A DNA stretch of 64,000 nucleotides from Leptolyngbyaceae cyanobacterium (lineage in GTDB: Bacteria; Cyanobacteriota; Cyanobacteriia; Phormidesmidales; Phormidesmidaceae): contig CBDHHL010000048.1 of NCBI GenBank assembly GCA_965263355.1, positions 128,001-192,000 of the forward strand. The letters run 5' to 3'. How positions within the stretch are numbered: the stretch's first letter is position 1; every line of letters starts with the position of its first letter. Shown piece after piece: positions 1-10,366 of the stretch. The translations under genes and the position numbers were made by a program. The notes beneath the pieces were generated by a model. It was not told the DNA's origin and ran no database searches. It was given only the letters and a program-made list of their open reading frames with translations.

Positions 1-480
1 TGCACCACCAAAGATGGCCTGAAGAGGTAGCAGATGAGGGCTCTGGGTTAACAAAAACGCAAAGATAGCGCCACCACAACCACCAACAAAGAAGCCACTA
101 GCGAAGTTGCTCCAGCCCTCACGAGTTGCATAAGACTCAGGAGGGTTGGGAGTCGTCAGCGTACCCACAGGGCCAGAAGGACTAGTAGCGCTATAAATAG
201 AGATGGCCACAGTCAGAATAAAGACAAAGCTAACTGCTGCAAGAGCACCTGCAATCGAACCATAGTCTGTATTCCGCAATGGGCCTAGCAGAGCAAAAGG
301 ACCGTAGAACCAGTAACCGTGAGCAACACCCACTTCTAGACCACGGCTAAATGGAGACAAGCCCTCACGGTAAGCAGGCAAATTATTAATGTAAGTACGT
401 GCAACCGCAGAGGAGTTAATCGGAGTCGCAACGTTACCCACTTCGGGAGCTCCAGTTGCGCTTGCAAAACTAGTTGCCAT
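1..480 (-). CDS. psaL: Photosystem I reaction centre subunit XI (3' end runs off the window; absent from the ORF track)
   Basis: Manual translation from ATG at 480: MATSFASATGAPEVGNVATPINSS...INNLPAYREGLSPFSRGLEVGVAHGYWFYGPFALLGPLRN...EGWSNFASGFFVGGCGGA, the typical PsaL motifs. Confidence 0.97.
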   Translation of the reverse strand, partial: MATSFASATGAPEVGNVATPINSSAVARTYINNLPAYREGLSPFSRGLEVGVAHGYWFYGPFALLGPLRNTDYGSIAGALAAVSFVFILTVAISIYSATSPSGPVGTLTTPNPPESYATREGWSNFASGFFVGGCGGAIFAFLLTQSPHLLPLQAIFGGA

Positions 481-949
481 AAGAACGTCTTCCTACGTAA
501 TGGACAGTCGTAAGACGGGAAATTCGAATTTATAACGCTGCCAAAATACTAAGAACTTGAGTCACCTCTAAAGTCACCATTTTTAGACAAATTAAAAATG
601 ATGCAGAGTTGACCTAATAGCCCAGTATTGTCAGCGTATGAGCCCAATAATCTCACAGAAACTAACCACATATAGTGAATGCAACAGTTTTGTTAAGCAC
701 GAACGGGTAGAACGTTAACTTACTTAACAGTTAATGAGTTAGGTAATGGGCAATGGGTGCTGGGCAACTCCACCAAAACAGATTCGGTTTACTTCGTGGC
801 GGTTCGTCAAAGTGCTTAAGATTGGCAACACCCCACATACGCTTCTTAATACTCATGGGCGTTAATTAAGCGGTTAGCCACAATGCAAAATGTGTGGCGC
901 TGTTGGCATTGGCGTCTGACCTGTGGAGTAGGGCCTGTGGAGTGAGGGT

Positions 950-3900
950 ATGTGGCTAAAAATTCCGATTGATCTAGAAACCGACGCGGCTAACGTTTAT
1001 CTTTTGCCGGAGTTAGATCGATGGATAGCGCTGGGGCTTTTGTCTAAAGAACAAACCCTCAGTTTGGGGCGTAAGCTGTGTAGCCCTCTGCCCATTGGTT
1101 ACAAAGTTCCGACAGAGGTAACGGAAGAACCTGTCGAGCTTGACCCGGTAACCAGGCCTGAAACTATGGTTACAACATCGGTATCACCAGGTAAGCCAAT
1201 ATTTTCGCGCTTCAAATCCCATCTAGTGCAGTCCTTTTTGGCAGAGGTCAGCGTGCTATGGCTACTGTTTTTGGGTGTGTTTTTAGTGGTGGTATCGTCT
1301 GGGGTATTAGCCGCCAGTCAGTGGCAATCATTTTCAACCGTCGGTCAGTACGGCATTTTATTGGTTTATACCCTTGCTTTTGGTGGTGCCAGCTTCTGGG
1401 CAGCTCGCCAAGCCAAGCTCCAAACAACGGCTCACATGCTTAAGGCTGCGACGTTGCTCTTGATTCCCCTCAACCTATGGATGATGGATGCTCTGGGTTT
1501 AGCCAAGGCTTCAGCAGGGCTAGCTGGTTTAGCAACCATCAGCTTAAGTGCCTTAACCCTGGCATTAGCTCCACATAAAAAAGCCGGGTTGAACTTAATG
1601 GGCTTAAGTTGGCTGCATTGGGGCTGGGGAATTACACCATGGCCACTGATTGCGACATACCTGGGCACAACGGGCAGCGCTATAAATCTGGTTCAAGCAG
1701 TTCCAGAGATTGCAGTTGAAGACAATCGTCAGCCGGAACTTAGATCTGGGGATATTTTAGTTGCGATCGCTCTCCTAATCCTACTGGTACGAAGTGTATG
1801 GATAGCACAAATACCAATGGCTCAGTTGGGATTAGCCATCGGTATTTGTGGCTGGATGCTCTGTCGACTCAGGCAGTATCCCCTATGGCCTCAAATTGGA
1901 GCAGGCTTGATGCTAATTGGCTGGTTAGTAGCGATAGGTCAACAACCGATACAGGCAATCGGGATAAGTGGCCTAGCCAGCTGGCTACTATTGGCACGGC
2001 TACGCCAACAAACTCAGGAACGAGCCCAGCTGCACACATTAGCAATACTATGGCTAGTCGGTTTACAAGCATGCGGCCTGCTGTGGTTGACCTTGCCCCT
2101 AGCGTTCAGACAAGTACTCTTAACAGCCTTAGGTCATCTCAGCCCAGACCCCGTCAGCACTTTACAGTTTGCAGGCCTATGGCTTTATGGCTATGTCAGT
2201 CTAATGCTTATGGCCGCTAGCCAGTTTCAACGCAATGGTCAAACTGCTTGGTCCAGGCTGACGGCCTATCTGGCACTCAGTATCAGTGCCTTATTAGTAC
2301 TCTGGGCATCCCCACAAATCGACTCTGTTTTATTCACCGCTAGTTTGCTTGGTCTGACGCTTACCGTGGGGAGCATTACCCATTTGTATCGTGGCATGAC
2401 TCCCTGGCTGATTTATGGCACTCACAGTGCAGCCGTCGTCACCATCCTCAGCGGCATACATGTACTCAGCCAGGGACTGGGGGGATGGTCTGAACCACAA
2501 TGGGCCATGGTATTGATCGCATTAACAACCCTAGAGTGGCTCAGCAATATCGGCATCCGGCATCTCCAATGGCGACAGTCAGCCTGGTATCTAGGTTTAG
2601 GCCTGGGTGTGATTGCCTATAGTCTGTTATTCAACAACTGGGGTAGTTGGCTCAACCTTATCTGGCTCGTTATCCCTGGAGTCCTGACTGTGTTGGCCTA
2701 CCGACAACCAGTTGTAAGCGGGTCTCCCCAAATCACCAGCAGGCTGACAGTAATTGCCCTAGGTGGACAGCTTTTACTGGTTAGTTCCTGGCCAATGGCA
2801 ACCATTGCATGGTTTATCGGGGCTGGATTGCTATTTCTCCATAGCTGTCGCTGGCCTACCCAGAAAGCGTTGCCAACACTGGCCATAGGGTTTGCTGTAT
2901 GGGGTAGCCATACAGCTAGCATTTGGCTTTGGGCCATGGCTGAGCCATGGCCTAATGTAATCGCCCGACTATGTTTAGTCACTGCCTTATTGGCATCAGC
3001 CCTTAGCCTTCTTGCCCGGTCCTTAGAGTATCGTTCGAAACCGTTACTGCAGGTTTATGGCATCGTCAGTCGTAACTGGGGGCAAGCATTAGCGATCACA
3101 CTAAATCTCAGTCTTACCCTGATCATAGTGCTGATCTATGCCCTGGGGCTGGATTCTATCCACTGGCTTGTGGGCATCCAGTCGACCGAGTGGGTTTTAC
3201 GCTACGGAATCGCCGCCATAATAGTTGTATTGGCTAGCCTTTTTAATAGGCGACGGCTAACCAACCTAAACTTCTGGGAACTAGCCCATGGCATTGGTCT
3301 GCTGGTCACCATGGGCCTACTCCTATGGCGCAAGGAAACGAATCCTCACCTATTGGGAACGGTCATGGTCGCCCTGGCCGTAATCACCCAGCTCATGGGG
3401 ACAGTCTCTGTCGCCAAAAAACAACATCCTTACCCATCAAGCTGGCACTATATTCCCCTGGCCTATGGTGCTTTGGGCTTAGGCTTAAGCCATCTAAGCT
3501 TTACCATAACAACAGGCATCTATGCCGCTGTGGTTGGCATTGTTACTCTGTCCATTGGGAGACGACAGGTAACGTTACACCCCTGGGGTTATGGGGGGCT
3601 GGGTCTGCTTTCCCTGGGGCTCTATGAGCTGATGATCTACCGTCTACTGCAAGCAAGCGGAGGTGCAATTGGGGATGGATTCACGCTACTGGCATGGATG
3701 GGGGGTGCGATCGCAGCCTTCTATTTACTCTGCCACCGTTGGATTCAACGCTACAGCCAACTGTCAGCAACTAACATTGGCATTGTCTCACTGCTCCATT
3801 GGCTACTCGCTGTAGTACTCGCAACTATCGCTATGGTCAGCGGTCACAGTCGCTGGGGACTCGTCCTCTGGCTAGGGATCACTAGCTTATTGGCCCTCTA

Positions 3901-4807
3901 CGCTGAACTTCGGGGTAATTATCGTTGGTTCCCAAATCCTAACCCTAACGCCGAACAACGTCATCAATTTAATCGTATCGATAGCCATAAGCAATGGACC
4001 TGGAGTGGACTGATCATCGCCACCGTTGCCATTCCCTATGGAATCATGCAGACATTACCAAACCTAACCTTTATTAGAGGGTGGGGAGCATTGTTAATTT
4101 GTGGTCTGAGCCTCATTATACATAGGCTGCCATGGCAACAATGGGGCTGGCCCATACGTCCCTGGCAAAAAATGGCATTGAGTTGGCCACTACTCAGCAT
4201 TCTGCTCAGCATCTTTACCATCAAAACCCAGGGTTTGCTACTGGGGGGAGCCTTCTATGCATTCATGGCTAGACGGATCCGGGCAGTGCGTCTCAGCTAT
4301 CTAAGTCTAGCCTTACTCAACTGGGCTCTGATACGTTATCTCCTCGACCAAGGATGGCTAACTCTATTATGGGCAGGCATCATACTAGGCTTATCAGGGT
4401 TGTACATCCTTGAGGTAGATCCTCGCTGGCAAACGATTTCAGCTCGTCAAGAACGGCATCGTTTACGCAGTTTTGCCACCTTACTCATAGGGCTAACAGC
4501 AATTTTTCAGGCCGAAACCGCATCTCCTATTATTATTGGCCTCAGTTTACTGATCAGTTTTGGCTTTATTAGCTTTGGTTTAGCTACCCAAGTACGGGCT
4601 TATCTTTACACAGGTACTCTGACCTTCGCACTGCAGATACTCCGTACCATTGCCATATTTATCAGTACTGATGGCCGTATGCTTTGGGCCATTGGCATCA
4701 TGCTTGGCATCACCCTGATTTGGATTGCGGCCACCTTTGAAGCCCGTCGAACTCAAATTAGTCAGCTACTTAACCAGTGGTCAGAGATGTTGCAAAATTG
4801 GGACTAG
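950..4807 (+). CDS. Very large polytopic membrane protein (DUF2157-like), function unknown
   Basis: 1285 aa, almost continuously hydrophobic; N-terminal LDRWIALGLLS and SVLWLLFLGVFLVVVSSGVLAASQW resemble cyanobacterial DUF2157 proteins. Confidence 0.7.
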   Translation: MWLKIPIDLETDAANVYLLPELDRWIALGLLSKEQTLSLGRKLCSPLPIGYKVPTEVTEEPVELDPVTRPETMVTTSVSPGKPIFSRFKSHLVQSFLAEVSVLWLLFLGVFLVVVSSGVLAASQWQSFSTVGQYGILLVYTLAFGGASFWAARQAKLQTTAHMLKAATLLLIPLNLWMMDALGLAKASAGLAGLATISLSALTLALAPHKKAGLNLMGLSWLHWGWGITPWPLIATYLGTTGSAINLVQAVPEIAVEDNRQPELRSGDILVAIALLILLVRSVWIAQIPMAQLGLAIGICGWMLCRLRQYPLWPQIGAGLMLIGWLVAIGQQPIQAIGISGLASWLLLARLRQQTQERAQLHTLAILWLVGLQACGLLWLTLPLAFRQVLLTALGHLSPDPVSTLQFAGLWLYGYVSLMLMAASQFQRNGQTAWSRLTAYLALSISALLVLWASPQIDSVLFTASLLGLTLTVGSITHLYRGMTPWLIYGTHSAAVVTILSGIHVLSQGLGGWSEPQWAMVLIALTTLEWLSNIGIRHLQWRQSAWYLGLGLGVIAYSLLFNNWGSWLNLIWLVIPGVLTVLAYRQPVVSGSPQITSRLTVIALGGQLLLVSSWPMATIAWFIGAGLLFLHSCRWPTQKALPTLAIGFAVWGSHTASIWLWAMAEPWPNVIARLCLVTALLASALSLLARSLEYRSKPLLQVYGIVSRNWGQALAITLNLSLTLIIVLIYALGLDSIHWLVGIQSTEWVLRYGIAAIIVVLASLFNRRRLTNLNFWELAHGIGLLVTMGLLLWRKETNPHLLGTVMVALAVITQLMGTVSVAKKQHPYPSSWHYIPLAYGALGLGLSHLSFTITTGIYAAVVGIVTLSIGRRQVTLHPWGYGGLGLLSLGLYELMIYRLLQASGGAIGDGFTLLAWMGGAIAAFYLLCHRWIQRYSQLSATNIGIVSLLHWLLAVVLATIAMVSGHSRWGLVLWLGITSLLALYAELRGNYRWFPNPNPNAEQRHQFNRIDSHKQWTWSGLIIATVAIPYGIMQTLPNLTFIRGWGALLICGLSLIIHRLPWQQWGWPIRPWQKMALSWPLLSILLSIFTIKTQGLLLGGAFYAFMARRIRAVRLSYLSLALLNWALIRYLLDQGWLTLLWAGIILGLSGLYILEVDPRWQTISARQERHRLRSFATLLIGLTAIFQAETASPIIIGLSLLISFGFISFGLATQVRAYLYTGTLTFALQILRTIAIFISTDGRMLWAIGIMLGITLIWIAATFEARRTQISQLLNQWSEMLQNWD

Positions 4808-4899
4808 AAACAGCTAAGCGGCTCTAAACGTCCCTGTAACTGTCAGAGTCATGATTTAACGCTACGCTAAAGATCATAGTTAACCTCGCAGGGTGAACC

Positions 4900-5736
4900 A
4901 TGGAAGCCAATTTGGCAAAGATGCTGACGTTTATCGATGACTATCAGCAAAAGCGGCCTCAGGAATCCTCAATTCAAGTAGTCAGGTCTCTGCGAGCCTA
5001 TACGCGAGCCTCCTATGCGAATAAATTTTGGGAACTGGTAGCGGGCAGCAACCCAAACTTTATCAAAGGGGAACTAGATAACCAATCCGTTGTACTCATG
5101 GGCCAAAGCATTGATTTTGCCCATTTTATGGCAGCTTTATCAGACCAAGCCTGGGGAGGCAACCTAGGGTCTACTCTAAGCGATGGTTTCCTATGGCTAA
5201 CATCAAAGGCATTCACAGGCAGGGGATATGACAGCCGTGAATATACTGCTGCCATTGGCGATACTGCCCAACCTATCGAAGTCTATCTCGATAGATACGG
5301 CCCTCAAGTCTATAAACCAGAAAAGTTAAGTGAGCTTCTCGGCAAATTTGCCTCCGCACAGGACTATGCATCTGATTTAGTGGCCTTTGCTGTAGGGCGA
5401 TTACTGTACGCAAACCCTAGCCTATCTGTTAGAGCTGCCATCCTAGAAGCCAGTTGGTTTAACTATTCAGGTACGGTACGACGTTACCTAGTAGATATGT
5501 TTAGTGCAAAAGTGTCTGCCAAGGGGATTATCGTAAATGGATCGCAGGTCCGTACACGCATCTCTGAACGGGTCCGGGCCTATTTACTGATCAAACGAGA
5601 CATCATTAACGGCAGTATCTTCAATACAACCTATCGACAACGTATTCGTCCTGCCCTGATCGATCATGCCAGCGATTATTTTATTCAGTATCTTCAACAA
5701 GCTTTGGTACATCACCACCAACCCAGTAGTCACTAG
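4900..5736 (+). CDS. Hypothetical protein
   Basis: 278-aa ATG ORF with natural composition; no family recognised. Confidence 0.75.
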   Translation: MEANLAKMLTFIDDYQQKRPQESSIQVVRSLRAYTRASYANKFWELVAGSNPNFIKGELDNQSVVLMGQSIDFAHFMAALSDQAWGGNLGSTLSDGFLWLTSKAFTGRGYDSREYTAAIGDTAQPIEVYLDRYGPQVYKPEKLSELLGKFASAQDYASDLVAFAVGRLLYANPSLSVRAAILEASWFNYSGTVRRYLVDMFSAKVSAKGIIVNGSQVRTRISERVRAYLLIKRDIINGSIFNTTYRQRIRPALIDHASDYFIQYLQQALVHHHQPSSH

Positions 5737-5811
5737 TATTGCCTCAAGCTCAAAATTTTGAGTAAGACAGCGGATGGTAAATGGTACTTAGAATCCTTCA
5801 GAATAATTCGT

Positions 5812-5845
5812 CAAAAGAAAAATCGGCTCTTCCACAGAGCCGATT
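5812..5845 (-). terminator. Rho-independent terminator
   Basis: Perfect 10-bp stem AATCGGCTCT / AGAGCCGATT with 5-nt loop, followed on the minus strand by TTTCTTTT. Confidence 0.8.
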
Positions 5846-5930
5846 CTAAAAAGTCTTTTGACTTTGCGTTTATCTCTCATTTTGGAGGTGGTTGAAAATG
5901 CGGTGTACGCACTGTCTAATCAAGCTCCGC
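5812..5930 (-). ncRNA. Candidate small RNA (~115 nt) divergent from rnz
   Basis: Minus strand shows TACAAT -10 (5936-5941), a 5' GCGG...CCGC stem, an ACCACCTCC anti-SD-like tract, a terminator hairpin and a U-rich tail. Confidence 0.5.
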
Positions 5931-5937
5931 AGTATAT

Positions 5938-5953
5938 TGTAACAATCAGTACA
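5938..5953. promoter_or_regulatory. NtcA-type box TGTA-N8-TACA
   Basis: TGTAACAATCAGTACA matches the GTA-N8-TAC consensus with flanking T/A and overlaps a minus-strand TACAAT. Confidence 0.55.
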
Positions 5954-6207
5954 CTTTTTTCTGTGATGAATCTTTACTAAATTGCAATAATTTTATAGAG
6001 AAGGTACTCAGTAAAACTACTCAAGCACTGTCAGTAAATGAATCTAACCATCAAATCAAATTAATTAGACGGCAAAAAAAGTCAGGAAATATTGATTTAT
6101 ACATCGTAGAAATGGAGCAGCCAATAACACAGGCAAACTCAGCCTTTGTCGATGATAATGATGAGGGCAATCTAGTTCTGTTACCCCATTACTCTAGATA
6201 TATTTCC

Positions 6208-7143
6208 TTGCAAATTACGTTTCTTGGTACTAGTTCCGGTGTTCCCACTAGGTCACGCAATGTTTCAAGCGTTGCGTTACGGCTACCTCAGCGTGCGGAG
6301 GTATGGTTGTTTGACTGTGGGGAAGGCACTCAACATCAGTTTCTCAGAAGCGATTTAAAGACCAGTCAGATTCGACGGATTTTTGTCACCCACATGCATG
6401 GTGACCATATTTTTGGGTTGATGGGACTACTGGCAAGCTGTGGTTTGGCGGGGAATGTATCGCGGATTGATATCTATGGTCCGCCCAAGTTAAATGAGTA
6501 TTTGCAAGCCTGCCGTCGTTATTCCCAAACCCACTTTTCATATCCGATTAAAGTTCACACAGTAGCGCCTGGCAAGGTATGTGATGATGGCGAGTTTTCA
6601 GTCTATTGCCAACGGTTAGAGCATCGAGTACCTGCCTTTGGCTATCGTATTGTGGAAAAAGATCGAGCCGGTCATTTTGATGTGAAGCGGGCAGCGGCAT
6701 TGGGTATTCCGCCAGGACCAATTTACGGTCGTTTGAAAAGAGGTGAGGCAGTAACCCTGACAGATGGTCGAGTAATCAATGGTTCAGAACTCTGTGGTAA
6801 AACCATTGAGGGACGAAAACTGGTCTATTGCACCGATACGATTTTTTGCGATCGCGCCATCGAACTATCGGAACAGGCCAATGTTCTCATCCACGAGTCC
6901 ACTTTTGCCCATCAAGATGCTGAGCTAGCCTACCAGCGACTCCACTCCACATCCACCATGGCTGCTCAAGTCGCCCTAGCCGCCCAAGTTCAGCAGCTGA
7001 TCCTCACCCACTTTAGCCCCCGTTATGCCCCCGGCAACTCGATTCAACTCAAAGACCTACTCTCAGAAGCCAAAACAATTTTCCCAAACACTCTGATGGC
7101 CCATGATTTCCTTGTCCATGAGATAGAAAGGACAGCCGTTTAG
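6208..7143 (+). CDS. rnz: Ribonuclease Z
   Basis: [26 protein letters not shown] metallo-beta-lactamase motif, [13 protein letters not shown]; start moved to TTG at 6208. Confidence 0.97.
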   Translation: MQITFLGTSSGVPTRSRNVSSVALRLPQRAEVWLFDCGEGTQHQFLRSDLKTSQIRRIFVTHMHGDHIFGLMGLLASCGLAGNVSRIDIYGPPKLNEYLQACRRYSQTHFSYPIKVHTVAPGKVCDDGEFSVYCQRLEHRVPAFGYRIVEKDRAGHFDVKRAAALGIPPGPIYGRLKRGEAVTLTDGRVINGSELCGKTIEGRKLVYCTDTIFCDRAIELSEQANVLIHESTFAHQDAELAYQRLHSTSTMAAQVALAAQVQQLILTHFSPRYAPGNSIQLKDLLSEAKTIFPNTLMAHDFLVHEIERTAV

Positions 7144-7187
7144 TGCCAAGTGAATCCGTAACTTAATCTGTAACCATAAACTTGACG

Positions 7188-7688
7188 TTAATCATGATGG
7201 TAGTCGTTGAGAATTGGAGTCTTACGATTGTCAGTATCATGATCGACATCATAGTCAGCTTGCAGCTCGTCGCAACGGTGACTAGTTAGTCGTGTTTTTA
7301 ATTTCTCAAAATGCACATTATTATTGATGGGCATATGGGGAGCAGGTAGCTGATCATTGGGCCAAGTATCAATATCTCCACAAGGACAAAGCTGAGCCAC
7401 AGGCATTACGGCTTGCATTGCTATTGGAATGCTACAGCGAGCACAATCAGTGATTTCCCACTGGGAAGATAGCAGTTCTTCGATGGTTTCCTTGGCTCCA
7501 TCCAAATAGCAATCACGTCCACCAATGGCCATGATGGTTTTCCAACAGTCTTGAAAGGCACGGCTGAAGTGCTCGCCCTCCAATACAGGTACCGGTCGTT
7601 GAGTAAGCCGACCATTATTGATATGGACAGGCTTACCTAACTGAAACCAGTAAGCTAAATAATGCTGAACGTCTTGTTGGGATGCCAT
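7188..7688 (-). CDS. Conserved cyanobacterial hypothetical protein with Cys cluster
   Basis: MASQQDVQHYLAYWFQLGK...CARC...CPC...WPN. Confidence 0.8.
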   Translation of the reverse strand: MASQQDVQHYLAYWFQLGKPVHINNGRLTQRPVPVLEGEHFSRAFQDCWKTIMAIGGRDCYLDGAKETIEELLSSQWEITDCARCSIPIAMQAVMPVAQLCPCGDIDTWPNDQLPAPHMPINNNVHFEKLKTRLTSHRCDELQADYDVDHDTDNRKTPILNDYHHD

Positions 7689-7869
7689 GGACTACCTCGT
7701 ACTGTGAAATAGAGCTTGCTACAGCACGTTGACTGTCACAACTTCATACTAACGCTTCAAGTTTGGAAGTAATAGGACGTTAACCTATTTTCAAAGTATG
7801 TGATGTCTCCACATGATTGAGCGATATGTCTACCCTGCACCGGTAAGGTATGCGCGTTAGCAAATGTCG

Positions 7870-8418
7870 TTAAGAGTTAGGGGGAAGCGGTGTTCCCAGG
7901 TGTTTTAAATCCAAGGCATAGCCACCAGTGACTAAATAGACTTGGGTTGCCACCTCGCCAATCCGACGAACTAAATACCCAAGGCGGTCACGAAACGTAC
8001 GTCCCAATGGATAGGCAGGTACTATACCCCAGCCAGTCTCTTCAGCAACAAAAATCACATCACATACAGGCGGATTAAGCACTGCTATGAGTTCCTCAAT
8101 GCATATTTGCCAAGATATATCGTCTTGATCAAGCTGATTAGCTAGCCAAGTGCCCAAAGAATCGATCAATAAACACCCATCACGGTCAGCTGTTTTAATC
8201 GTCTCCGCTAAGTGATGAGGAACCTCTTTAGTTTGCCAGTTGGACGGTCGACGATTGCGATGTTGTTCAATGCGTTGCTGCCACTCCTCATCAGTAGCTG
8301 ACATGATTGAAGTGGCCACATAAACCACAGGCTTTTGGCTTTGCATTGCCCAGTGTTCAGCCCATTCACTTTTACCAGAACGGGCAGGCCCTGTTACCAA
8401 AATTAGCTGCGGCATCAA
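7870..8418 (-). CDS. cobU: Adenosylcobinamide kinase / adenosylcobinamide-phosphate guanylyltransferase
   Basis: GPARSGKS P-loop, RIEQHRNRRP, EETGWGIVP, FRDRLG. Confidence 0.95.
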   Translation of the reverse strand: MMPQLILVTGPARSGKSEWAEHWAMQSQKPVVYVATSIMSATDEEWQQRIEQHRNRRPSNWQTKEVPHHLAETIKTADRDGCLLIDSLGTWLANQLDQDDISWQICIEELIAVLNPPVCDVIFVAEETGWGIVPAYPLGRTFRDRLGYLVRRIGEVATQVYLVTGGYALDLKHLGTPLPPNS

Positions 8419-8665
8419 ATCCAGTCATGGTTATACGGCATCTGACCATGGCTGCTGGCATAGCCCTCATATAACCAGGCAATACAAGAAATAACAAAAC
8501 CGACAGCTGGCCCTGCTCCAAAGATAATTAACTCAAAACCGCTCATTGACATGTCCCACGCGTTAATTGTGTGCCAATTATTCCACCGGTACAGTCAAAA
8601 CAACATCAGCACATGCACTCAAAATCAGTCTTGAGTACGTTATAAACACTACGCAAATTATCAGA

Positions 8666-9301
8666 TCAATCTGCAGCCGGGGTACGCCTCTCTAACCACC
8701 AGATAATGAAAATCCATAGAATAACCAAGAAAAGCGCTGCAATTGTAAACTGTGTAACCCAACCAACCAAGGTAGCCAGAGGAATTAAGCGCCCCACAAA
8801 GTACGCTAGACTCACCATAGCAGTGCCCCATAGACTAGCCCCTAACAAATTACACAATAAAAATTTCCAGTAGGGCATGCGGGCAATCCCCGCCAGTGGA
8901 CCGGCAAAAATGCGTAGTAATGCCACAAATCGCCCAAAAATGACGGCTTTATCAGCATTCTGACCAAACTGTTCTCGAATATTGACCAAGGCAGCTTCGT
9001 CAATACGAAAAAAGCTACCTAGTTTTAACAACAATGGCCAACCACCATAAAACCCAATCCAATAGCCTACGCTGTCGCCAATGACTGCACCTGAGATCGC
9101 ACTGATTAACACCCAACGATAAACCAGCTCTTCACTACCGGCCAAAAAACCACCGACTAACGTTACCGTTTCCCCTGGCAGAGGTAGCCCCATATTTTCG
9201 AGCATAATGCCAAAAAAAATGGCCCAGTAACCGTAGTCTTGAGCCAATGCCTGAAGGGTGTCGAGAGAGAAAATATAAAAGGTTAAAAGAACAGGCTGCA
9301 T
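8666..9301 (-). CDS. DedA family membrane protein
   Basis: ENMGLPLPGE, GAVIGDSVGYWIG, GRFVALLR. Confidence 0.93.
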   Translation of the reverse strand: MQPVLLTFYIFSLDTLQALAQDYGYWAIFFGIMLENMGLPLPGETVTLVGGFLAGSEELVYRWVLISAISGAVIGDSVGYWIGFYGGWPLLLKLGSFFRIDEAALVNIREQFGQNADKAVIFGRFVALLRIFAGPLAGIARMPYWKFLLCNLLGASLWGTAMVSLAYFVGRLIPLATLVGWVTQFTIAALFLVILWIFIIWWLERRTPAAD

Positions 9302-9395
9302 AAAAGTCAGTTTATCTTTCTCTTATCTTATTCTTTCTTTCTTAGAATTGAGGACATGGATACGATCAGTCTCCCAAAAGTTCATCTAAAGAGCA

Positions 9396-9424
9396 TAAAA
9401 AAAACCTCCCTAATGAGAAGGTTT
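9396..9424 (-). terminator. Probable terminator of the 9458-10015 gene
   Basis: Minus strand AAACCTTCTCATTAGGGAGGTTTTTTTT. Confidence 0.6.
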
Positions 9425-9457
9425 ATGACTAAGTTAAAGCCTTAACCTGACTGAACT

Positions 9458-10015
9458 TTAGGCCTGTGAAAAACTAGCCATCGGCGTAGCACCTAACATA
9501 GATTGTGGGAATGTAGGTAGATCAAGACAATGTTGATTACGACGAGTTCTCATGGCTAAACGGTAGCTAACATTTTGTAATTCAGCATTTAGCTGACGAT
9601 TCTCTTGCTGAATGCGAGCTACTCGATTTTTAACCGCCAGCATTCGCTCCGCAAACTTCTGCTTGTAGATTTTAGGGAGTTCTTGAACTACCTGCTCTAA
9701 CATGCGAGTCCGGTCAGTCAGCTCTTGAACAGTCTGGCGCATTTGATGAATTTCTTCATCTCGACTTTCTAGTTGTTCTTGATAAAACGATACCTGAGTT
9801 TCCACACCCTGCAGCTGCTCTCGCAAAGCTCTGACCTCAGCCTGATGACGCTCAGAAACATCTGTTGTTGGTAGAAAGTCTTGATTCCCTTTTACCAGAC
9901 GAAATAGCTCTTGAGACAACTGTTGCACTAGCTGATCTCTCATCTGCAACTCCTCTTGCAAACGAGCCACTTCTACCTGTGCGTCAGACATTCTTAACTT
10001 AGTCAATTGAACCAC
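9458..10015 (-). CDS. Conserved cyanobacterial coiled-coil protein (Npun_F5560-like)
   Basis: ELQMRDQLVQQLSQELFRLVKGN, heptad-rich. Confidence 0.8.
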   Translation of the reverse strand: MVQLTKLRMSDAQVEVARLQEELQMRDQLVQQLSQELFRLVKGNQDFLPTTDVSERHQAEVRALREQLQGVETQVSFYQEQLESRDEEIHQMRQTVQELTDRTRMLEQVVQELPKIYKQKFAERMLAVKNRVARIQQENRQLNAELQNVSYRLAMRTRRNQHCLDLPTFPQSMLGATPMASFSQA

Positions 10016-10125
10016 GAGATTACTCCTACAGTAAAAAGGGCATCAGACGAAGACCCAAGTGCCCACAAATTTAGCACCATTTTCGTAAAATGCAAGGTTT
10101 TTATTCTGCAGGTTTGTAATTCCCT

Positions 10126-10173
10126 AAAAACTGAGTAGGCTGCAGACACCCAAAAGGATCTACAGCCTACTCA
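10126..10173 (-). terminator. Stem-loop / terminator downstream of rpsF
   Basis: TGAGTAGGCTGCAGA...TCTACAGCCTACTCA inverted repeat followed by TTTTT on the minus strand. Confidence 0.6.
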
Positions 10174-10366
10174 ATCAACAATTTTTTCAGGTCAACCCAA
10201 ATTAGCCAGTACTTGATAGCAAATATGTAGTGCTAGCCTTCGGTCAGAACTTAAGATTGAGTTAGAAGAAGTAACTAATCAGATTAGTTGTGTCGCAAGC
10301 TAACAACTAATCGTCCTAACCGAAATTTCGAACCTGACAACAAAACCTTAAGCATCACCTACCTAT

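Noticed and set aside
481..949. Possible psaI or another small gene upstream of psaL
   Set aside because: No PsaI-like peptide found by eye; the short CCTGTGGAGT duplication at 920-943 is too small to interpret
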